This document shows positions 1 to 9,600 of a stretch of DNA of 64,000 nt, in pieces. The stretch spans positions 186,001 to 250,000 of the forward strand of contig NIVC01001362.1 of the NCBI GenBank assembly GCA_002269645.1, read 5' to 3'. The DNA comes from Macrostomum lignano (taxonomy: Eukaryota). The position numbers and the translations under genes were made by a program. The notes beneath the pieces were generated by a model. That model ran no database searches. It was not told where the DNA came from and saw nothing but the letters and a program-made list of their open reading frames with translations. How positions within the stretch are numbered: position 1 is the first letter of the stretch; every line of letters begins with the position of its first letter.

Positions 1-447
1 CCAATATCCTACAGTGGGAGCTCAGCTGCCATCCAATATCCTACAGTGTGAGCTCAGTTGCCATCCAATATCCTACAGTGGGAGCTCAGCTGCCATCCAA
101 TATCCTACAGTGGGAGCTCAGCTGCCATCCAATAACCTACAGTGGGAGCTCAGCTGCCATCCAATAACCTACAGTGGGAGCTCAGCTGCCATCCAATATC
201 CTACAGTGGGAGCTCAGCTGCCATCCAATATCCTACAGTGGGAGCTCAGCTGCCATCCAATATCCTACAGTGGGAGCTCAGCTGCCATCCAATATCCTAC
301 AGTGGGAGCTCAGCTGCCATCCAATATCCTACAGTGGGAGCTCAGCTGCCATCCAATATCCTACAGTGGGAGCTCAGCTGCCATCCAATATCCTACAGTG
401 GGAGCTCAGCTGCCATCCAATAACCTACAGTGAGAGCTCAGCTGCCC
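1..447. repeat. 32-bp tandem minisatellite (CCAATATCCTACAGTGGGAGCTCAGCTGCCAT)n in an ERGIC1 intron; continues beyond the window start
   Basis: About 14 near-identical units visible directly; explains the repetitive ORFs 14..433, 142..423 and 174..506. Confidence 0.97.
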
Positions 448-489
448 TCACAGAGGTACCTAAAGTCACCCCGGAGCATTCAGCCTCAC

Positions 490-3400
490 CCTGTACACAG
501 ACGTGAACTGATACGGAAACAGCCTGAAGGATGGTGCGTCAAATATCGAGGGCACAATTTTGAGAAAATAATCGTGCGAAATGCCTTCAGGCTTATCCGT
601 CACGGACCGATTATCAAGCGGCGTGAACGAAGAAACCTCTTTGAAAGCGTGACGCAGCTGACTGTTAGCCGTACTACCGAAGGACAGAGTGTGAATCACG
701 TGATCCAGACTGGGCACAGAAGCGGCTAAATCTTCGCTACTACTACTACTACTATCCTCGTCCGGAACAGTAGTAATATGAAAATTTCCAGAGATTTTGG
801 CAACGCGAAATGAACTGCGCAATAGGCAGCCAACGCCGCTGGGCAACTTCTCTTTGATGTTGCTCAGCTGAAAACCCACATCTTGCCGGCCGAGATCGTC
901 TTGAATAACCAATGCCAAACGATTGCAAGGTATGTGCAGCACCGATATGTTGATGTACACGGGAATAAATTCGTACGATTTTACTGGATCATCGATGTAG
1001 ACTTCACTTTTGCTGCAAACAAAGATAATATTTTTTTTAACAATTTCCATTGAAATGAAAGTGTCAATAATTACAGACTTACATCTCAGTATCCAAATAG
1101 GAGCTAAACTCTGACAACAGCAGGTAAAGACAAAATGTAATAGTTGCTATGGATATTATAGCACCAGTTCGAGTTGGTTGAGTCAGATCTTTAGGTATTT
1201 TCCGATAGATGTCGAACCTACAAAATTAAATAGTAGTGACATAGTGTAAATCATTAAGTTAGTTGATTTTTTTTAAAACTGGTGTTCCACCATCATTACA
1301 GTTACGGTTACAGTAAATTACGGGAGCAGCACTTTTCCAGCCATATTTTCATTATGGATTACTGCTACGGCAATTTTTAGCTTATGGCTATGGTTAGGAA
1401 TTACACCAAATTTTCAGGCTTTGCCATATTGGTTATCCAATATTGTTGTCATTGAGTATAAAATTAAAAATTAGAATTAAATATTTAGGCTTGATAAGAC
1501 AGTCATAGTTACTCCTGCCATTTACCCAAAACTGCGTTAATTTTGCTTTAGGGTTTCTTTCACAGGTAAGTCATTTCACAGCGTGGCGCAGGTTGTGTAG
1601 GCGTCTGGCGTACTTAAGCCATGCGCTGCAATAGGGTGCTGCAGGTCCGCATGTGCAGACAATAGAGGGAATTAGCAAGTCTTGGCATAGAATGGCAGTA
1701 GGAAGGTTGCAACCCTATGCTGACATGTCCCTTCTCCCCAAGCAATTTAAACTAGAGTCAGTGCATGTTTGCCTCACACTACTCTTAGTAATTAAGGCCA
1801 CAAGTCAGCCTTGCTCATAGCCACAAAGGATCCCCTACTGAGAAATCCTCCAGATTGAGCCCAGAGTTCCCAATCATGCCCCAAGCAGAGTCCCTATACT
1901 TGGCTGCATGTGTTTCCCCTGCTAGTCTAAATTCCCTAGTAACCAATCCAGGCGGGGCTCTAGCCTCAAGAGGTCTAGTAGTAAGATCTAGGTGCACCAG
2001 GTCACATAAAGTGATGGCAGCCACTCAGTGATGCTATGACCGAGTGACCAACTATTGCACCTTGTCTACAGGTGGGCTCCATGTGGGTCCTTGGCCTTCT
2101 GGTCTCAAAAGCGCTACCAAAGCTATCAATCATGTGGGGAGAACAGTCTGGTGCTAGAGGTCTGTCAGGTCATTGCCCAGTCATAGGCAGCCTATAGTCA
2201 TTGCCCCCTCTGGTCATGCGTTTGTCTCCCAGCAGAGTGGACAGGCAACAAGGGCAGTTATATCACTTAGTTTAATTAATATTAAAATAAAGTGTTTAAA
2301 AAATTAAAATAAAAAACTTAGGCTAAAATATTGATGCTAGAAGAATAAATAGATAGGCCACTTAGAAAATTTGTCTACAAGCTACTTTTAGTGTAGTAGT
2401 AAGCTAAATAGAAGCCTTTTAATGTATCTTAAAACCAGGGCTTATTTATGGCTCTTACATTCCCTAGCTTAAACCTATTCCAACAACACCATTCCACACA
2501 ACCTCTGCTTTTTTTTTAATATACATTTTAAATGTATTTTAAATTTTAAATTTATTTTAAAATTATAAAAATTAAAATTTATTTTAATAAATAAATTATA
2601 AATTAATAAATTATTAAATAAATAAATTTAATAAATTAATAAATTATTTTAATTTAAATAACAAATTTAAAAGTAGTCGTTGTTATAAAAATTCTAAACA
2701 AAATTGACTAGAGACTTAAATATCTTATTTTATATTATATTTGAAATATCTTATATCAAAAGCTAAGCAGAGTGGCAAGTAGAAATTAGATAGGATTGAT
2801 ATCATTAGGCAAGATTAAGGTTGGAAATAAAAAAAATCAAATTTGGAATCAGGATTAGGATTTAAGAATTGGGATCAATTCTTTCAATGTATTATAGTTT
2901 GTTGGTTTAAATAAAGTTGAACAAAGTTAAACAATGTTAAGATCAAAAGGTGAAACATTATAAAATAGCTTTAATATTTTGTAACTAGTTAAAAACAATA
3001 TAATAAATATTATTTAAATTAAAATATATTTAAATAATTATTAATGCTACAAAGCTTTAATTAAAAGACCTACTTTCAAATCATATTTTTAGGGTCTAGA
3101 TCCCAGTTTAATAAGAGTCTATTTTTCTTTAGAATCCTAAGACTTCAAGATTAGGATTGAGAATTGAGGATCCCATTTGACCAAACTTGCTTTATTGGCT
3201 AGGCAAGTTTAAAATGTATCTAATTCTAAATAGCTAAAAACTTAAATTCAAGACAAATGGGGGCTTACTAAAGATTAGGCCTATAATTAGATATAATTAA
3301 AAATTGAACAAATTTGCATTGTTTTTATTTGTTTAACAATAATAAATTAGCTTTGTTGCCTCTAAGTAGGAAAAAATTAAAAAATGCTAAATTGTATATT

Positions 3401-5837
3401 GACTTGCTTTGATTACAATTAGGGCCTATTAGGCTTTTCATAGTAAGATTTTCATACTGTTTATTTTGCTTTCAGAATTGGTTCCAGAACTATGTTCTAG
3501 TTCTGGAATTTGGAGCAATAAATTTTATTGATCCATTGTCATATTTATATTTTAATAGTAAAAAATGACATATTTGGAATTGTCAATTTTTTTATTATTA
3601 GCATATAACTAGCAATCTAGTGCAGCTCCCCTTTGGGGCACCCAATAAGCAAGGAGCAAAAATAGTTCATGGAAAACAATTAAAAAAGCACTTTTTCTTA
3701 AATACTGATTCCTTCTTCACTTTCATACATGCGCAACCCCCCTGATTTACACTGGCCATGCGACTTACTTTTTGACCAAAAATGTGACTTACCTGTAAAA
3801 GAAACCCTAACGCAATTTTGGGTAAACGGCAGGAGTAACTATGACTGTCTTATAAGGTATAAATGCCTCGTCATCTAATTAGTACTATGTCTGTATTCTT
3901 CAGGCTGGGAATTTTTGCGACTTACCCCTGGTCCACCACAATTTACGGTGGCCAGATCGGCCAGGTCGGCCAGCAGTTGCGCATGTATGTTCACTTTTAA
4001 AAAGGCACCTTATTCATGTGGAATTGTCATGGACAATGATATTTGCTATAAATCTTTTACTAAGAAACCATTTTTAGTTGGATGGATTATTTTATTTTTT
4101 GTCATGTCCAAGAAAAAACAAAATCAAGGAAAGAAAAAATCAAATTGTAAAGACTGGCAAACATAAAATGGGTTTGAAGCTTTTTATTTTCCTATTGATT
4201 CTAGTTTTGGAATCAGAATTATTCTAGTTCTAGAATGAATCTTTGTGAAAAGCCTATAAAAGAAGAAAAATAATTACAAGCATTGATTAGGCCTATATAT
4301 ATAAGGGGAAATCCAAAAATTGGGGGCAAGTTTTATGAAAATTCGTTTTTTGGCAATTTGAAAGCAATAAAGCTATAAAATAAATTTATTCAAGTTTTTA
4401 AAAGGTAAAAAAGTCTATTAAAGCACAAATTATTTTTGTATAGCATTATTTTTAATAAAATGATTTGTTAAAACGGTAAGTTTAATTACAACCTAAAATG
4501 AGTCTAATGAAAATGATAGAAAAGCTATAATAATGTATTTTATTAACTTTAACTATCTTATAATGTTACACTCTATAATTCTACAACATATTTAACATTA
4601 TTTTCAAGGGTTTATTTGTTTATCACTTTTGTTACTCTTGACAACGTGTATTTTGTAGAGTTCATTTGCAATAAATTGTATTCAACGTAAGTTTATTATT
4701 TAAACATACAAATTCCTATAAGGATCAGAAAATTTGCATTTTACTCAGCTTCTACTAAAGCGATTTGGAAAATTCTTTTTTTCCTGCATACACGCCGCGA
4801 TGATACATGTTTTTGTGTAATTTCATTGTTCTTCGTTGCTTAATAAGCATATAGTAAGCATCTGATTTGGAAGCCGGGTAACACATTGGAATTCCCATAA
4901 GGATTTGAAAATTGCATTTTACTCAGCTTCTACTAAAGCGATTTGGAAAATTCTTTTTTTCTTGCATACACGCCGCGATGATACATGTTTTAGTGTAATT
5001 TCATTGTTCTTTGTCGCTTAATGAGCATACAGTAAGCATCTGATTTGGATGCCGGGTTCACATTTTGTGGTACCATTTTTTACCCAAAATTTTTAAGTCT
5101 AAATATAGGCATATTACAAATACTAATACTATGCAAGTTGATATTTAAATGAAAGAAAACAACTTAAAGATTATTTTGCAACAATGAATTAGCGATATAT
5201 TTACTTTTAGAGAAAGATGTTTGCTGGCAAACTTTGCACTTTATATTAGTATGGATTTTTGCGAGTTTATATGGTTTTAGAAAAACTTTGAAATCCTTAG
5301 AAATACTTCATCTTTTTGAATTGAATAAAAAGTAAAACACAGATTACTTTCTGTTTTGTAAGTAGTAAAAAAATTAGCCTTCTCTAAGGCCTACAAGTCT
5401 TAAAATTAATTGTTTAATAATGAAAAAAGTGAAACAAAAAATTGCAAATCGGTCAACTCAGACTTTCAAAATGCTTTTTTGTGGTTTTTTCTTATTTATT
5501 CAACAATATAAAGCATGGAAACAATAGTTTTTATCCAGAACTATTTTTTAAAGACCTATCAATCTTTCAAAAACCTTTTTTAGATACATTACTTTCCATC
5601 AAATGTCCGCAGATTTGTTTTACTGTTTTATCCCACGTTTTTGGATTTCACCATAACAATAATAGCAATAAAATTGTAACATATCTATCTAGGCCTAGGG
5701 CCTATTCAAAGACATAGGGCCTAATAATATTAATAATTATGTATTGAGGCCTAGCCTATACTGAGGCCCTAGTCATTTATTCACTATTTAAAATTAATAT
5801 AATCAACTTACCTTCGAATATCAAATTGAAAAACCAT
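490..5837 (-). CDS. ERGIC1: ER-Golgi intermediate compartment protein 1 (ERGIC-32), 3'-partial; exons complement(5812..5837, 1083..1217, 490..1012)
   Basis: Spliced translation MVFQFDIRRFDIYRKIPKDLTQPTRTGAIISI...TEIKSEVYIDDP...GCLLRSSFRVAKISGNFHIT...HVIHTLSFG...SHDYFLKIVPS...YQFTSVYR matches ERGIC1 motifs as I recall them (RRFDIYRKVPKDLTQPT, GNFHV, HVIHKLSFG, SHDYILKIVP). All junctions are GT-AG with consistent phases (2,2,0); 684 nt in frame. The last exon(s) lie outside the window. Confidence 0.93.
1491..3883. mobile_element. Putative non-autonomous TIR element or inverted duplication whose termini contain 28S rRNA-like sequence
   Basis: 1491..1573 is the reverse complement of about 3785..3856 apart from an 11-bp indel and a few substitutions. 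The interior is degenerate, with no intact ORF. Confidence 0.5.
3820..3883 (+). pseudogene. 64-bp 28S (LSU) rRNA-derived fragment spanning the R2/Pokey/I-PpoI target site; a shorter inverted copy lies at 1491..1527
   Basis: GGGTAAACGGCAGGAGTAACTATGACTGTCTTATAAGGTATAAATGCCTCGTCATCTAATTAGT versus the conserved eukaryotic 28S GGGTAAACGGCGGGAGTAACTATGACTCTCTTAAGGTAGCCAAATGCCTCGTCATCTAATTAGT. Confidence 0.85.
4711..5064. repeat. About 179-bp tandem duplication (2 copies) in ERGIC1 intron 1
   Basis: AATTCC(T/C)ATAAGGAT at 4711 and 4890; the copies align throughout with a few substitutions. Confidence 0.9.
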
Positions 5838-6659
5838 AATAGAGCTCCCTGACTTCAGTGATGTTTATTGGTATTTACTATTACTATTACAAATTTAATG
5901 AAAGAGCTATGAGTTTAGGACACAATAGCAATAACAATTTTGAATGTTGTCTTGTCTATTAAGATTTAGGCTTTAGCTAGCTAGGCCTATATATAATTTT
6001 AATACTCTTAGGGGGGCCTAATGTAGTATATGATTAGTAAGCCTTATACTATTTAGGAAACGTAGAATTGTACTAATTTGAGTAGGGTACGCTAGTACAA
6101 ATAATTAAATATCAATAGCTAAATGCTCTTAAATAAATGCAAGCGCAGGCCAAGATGACAAGTAGAGTAGTAGAGTAGTAGACCTAGGGCTATAATGCAA
6201 TCGTAAAACACTTTAGTGAGTTGAATTGTTGGAATAAAATCTGATTAAATCGATCAGACCTAGTTGTTACCAATTATGCTTATCTACAACGACCATTCAA
6301 AACGCCAACTGACAAGGTAAATGTTAGTTAGGCCTATGAAAACTTGTATATTGTTGTACAGTGCGCTTTTACAAATTGCACTTGCCATATTTTAACTAAT
6401 TTATAAGCTACCATATAAGAATGATGAATTTATAAACGAAATAACTAAACATAATAAAATTTCAAACACAAAAAGGGTATAAGATTTATTATTTTGTTTT
6501 GATCGGAAGAACTTCTTATAATTTTTCTTAGAATACCTGTAGTATACAGTTTGCTCTTCGCAGTCAAGTGGAAATTCAACAAAGCCGCAGTTATTTTATG
6601 GTCTTTATGATTGCAATTTCAAGGGTTTTCAATGGATTAATTTTTTAAGGTGAAACATA
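5838..6659. promoter_or_regulatory. Shared bidirectional promoter region of ERGIC1 and CRTC
   Basis: Divergent ATGs at 5837 (minus) and 6660 (plus), 822 bp apart. TSS positions cannot be determined from sequence. Confidence 0.6.
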
Positions 6660-9600
6660 ATGCAGTCTTCTAAGTCAAACCACGGTTCACTGAATCCTCG
6701 AAAGTTCGACGAAAAAATTGCATTGCTTCAAGCAGGTGAAGATGAATCCAATGAAAAATTTAATCGTTTGCTAAACGAATTAAGCGTTTTAAAAAACAGA
6801 GTAAGTGTTTTTAACATAAATTTCATGTTAAATATAAGCTTTTTGTCTGTTCTATTTGTAGGCCTAGTTGAAGTGTATATTGTATCCTATTCTAATATTT
6901 ATAGCTATGCCTATGCCTATGGGTAATTTAGACTAGGCCTAAGGGCCTATCCATTCTTTGACTAAATTGTGGCTTTTGGTCTCTAGTCTAGTTTTTTAAT
7001 TTAATATTCAAAAAAATCTTCTAACACTAAACACATATATAACTTGGTTATTTATATATAGGGCCTAATATCTTAAAGTGCAATGTTTGGCAAAGTTCCC
7101 ACTTTTAGTACTGGAAGTTACTTTTTTACCTGTATAACTTTCACCAACACATTTTCAAACACAGTCTGATCATTTCAAATATTGCAAAAAGTGTCAGAAA
7201 AAGTGTTGTGATACCAATGGTTAACTTTTGCTATTCACATTTTAGATGCATCTTATAGTCCATAGTCTGGATCATGTTAAGTGGGGTGCATGCAGTATGC
7301 CCAAACAAAAATTGAATAATTACAAAAAATGCATACCAAAAAAATTAAGTGCACACCCATTCTCAAAACTATGCCAGTATTATGATAATAGGATACATGT
7401 GCAACTTTGGAATTACCTTGCTGTTTCTATTGGCAATGCACATATATAAGTTGCTTTTGGCTGAGAACAGTCATATGACTACTTTTCCATTTAATAGTGA
7501 CTTACATATGTGTGTTTCTAAAAGAAATGGCCAAGTGAAACAAAAGTTGCACCCAAACATGGACAATAAATGACATTTTTTGAATTGCATAATAAACATT
7601 TTTTGGCTAATAATTTGGTTCATTTCTCTACTTTTTTGATAATACTATTTACAATAGAAAATTAATGTATTCAGATTTGTTTGAATGCTTTATTATGAGC
7701 TTAAAAACTCAAAAGGCTTAAAATTTATTGTTTAAATAAACCTATTTTTAATTTTTTTATTTCATATTAATTCTTCCGCATGATTCTATGAAGTGCATGC
7801 TAGGCCAGGATGGAATTCTTGCACAAAAGTTGTTACGCATTTGTGCGCAATTGTTAAATTTGTGTCCACTGAAAAGGAGCCTACTTGCACGCTCTTAAAG
7901 AAGGTGCGTGCACGCTCCATTGTATGCGCTTGTGAAAAAGCTGTTTGCCATAGAATCATAGACAGGATTTGACTTTTACATGCATTCAACATGGCTATGT
8001 GCCATGTAGTGTATGCAGGCTTAAGTTCTCCTACTTTTCATAGTCTGGAAGGTTGTTTTTACTCTGGAAAATTTTGAACAAAAACAAAGAATAATAGGTT
8101 TTAGCAAAAACAGTTACTATTAAAGTTAAGTTAAGAATATTTTCTCTAAAAATTATAGTGTTCAAGCTACTTTACACTTAAAGTACAACTTTCTAATTTA
8201 CATCGGCATAAGAATTGAACAACTAAAAATTTCATAAAAGGCCATGATCTGAATGATGACTTTTTTACAGCTGGTATGCGTAGTTGCGCGCTGCTCCAAA
8301 AATCTGCGCGCACATTTTCCTACCCCCAAGCAAGTATTCCATCCTGGATGCTAGGTATATATGCACACTTTTCTTAAGAGTGATATACAATGCATGCCAA
8401 ATTCGCATGCCTACTTTTGGCATGCAAGGCCAATGGACACCCAAATTTTTAGGCATTTACTATATAATCTGGAGTGTGGCTTATATTTTGGAAGGCAATA
8501 TGGGAAAGGAAATCCTGGCATATAGTAAAAAGTCTAACAATTTTTCAGCATACATCAGAGTATATGACCTTAGGATACTCAGGATCATCTGAGTATCCTG
8601 AGGTCACCTGTACCAGAATGAATCCTATCAAAAATGCATGCTTATGCTATGCCAAAACTATTTTTATCAAAAAAAAATTGCTGACTTTGTGTACCATAGC
8701 TTTTTTAAAAATGCAGAAATCAAAAATTTTCCTTTTGAAAAATACTAGTAGAACTTGTTTTTTAATCTGTTTCATAGAAAATGCAATGTTAACGTAAATT
8801 AATTAAAAAGCTGTCAATATACCAGCAAAAAGAAGTGCTAATAAAAAGAAATTACATGCTAATTTTCTGTCAGAGAAAATATTGTCTTCTTAGAAGTTTT
8901 TGTCTTGCACCAAATTGTGTTTTTTTTCTATCTTGTGCTGTACTGTGCCATATTTTTCTCCCTTGCCTATAGTTGCACTGGAATGCACCAGTGTGGCACA
9001 TGTCCAACCCTCTTTTGCACCAGAATTTTCCATGAAAAAGGCCATCTTCCTAACTATGGCATTTGACTAGTATATATAGCATAGCAAATGCACATGCACA
9101 ACCTTGGGAATCACTTAGCTGTTTCTATTGATAACATACACATGTAAGTCGCTATTGGCTAAGAGCAATCATGTGACTACTATTCCGTCTAATAGTGATT
9201 TACATGTGCGTGTTGCCAATAGAAATAGCCAGGTGAATCCTTAGGTTATGCCCAAGCATGAAAGTATAGCTGCTATAAAACTATAGCACAATACTAGTAG
9301 GATGACAAGAATGACCCAGATAACTAAAAGTTGTCTAAAATATCCTACTCATTGTGACACACCTATTGGATAAAAATTATTTCTGTGAATTGCAAGTATA
9401 GTGTCATGATACATCAGATACTACTAATCCTTGTTTTGTAAAGGTTTTGTTTATTTAGTGAGATTTTGGATGCAATAATAATAAATATTATGTAGCATCT
9501 TTATTTGAGAAATAACTGAATGTTTAACTCTAGACCAACACATGTTTTTTGTTTTTTTACAGACATGCTTGAGCACTTTTTAATTAGTGGTTCTTTAAAA

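Noticed and set aside
1815-2500. Degenerate coding-like sequence inside the 28S-TIR element (ORF 1815..2024; YIP*LKPIP resembling the Tc1 YSPDLNPIE motif)
   Set aside because: Similarity is too weak and interrupted to assign a transposase or integrase family without a profile search.
4795-4870. Possible C/D-box snoRNA in the 179-bp duplication (ATGATAC...CTGA)
   Set aside because: The C box deviates from RTGATGA, there is no clear terminal stem, and I found no convincing rRNA-complementary guide.
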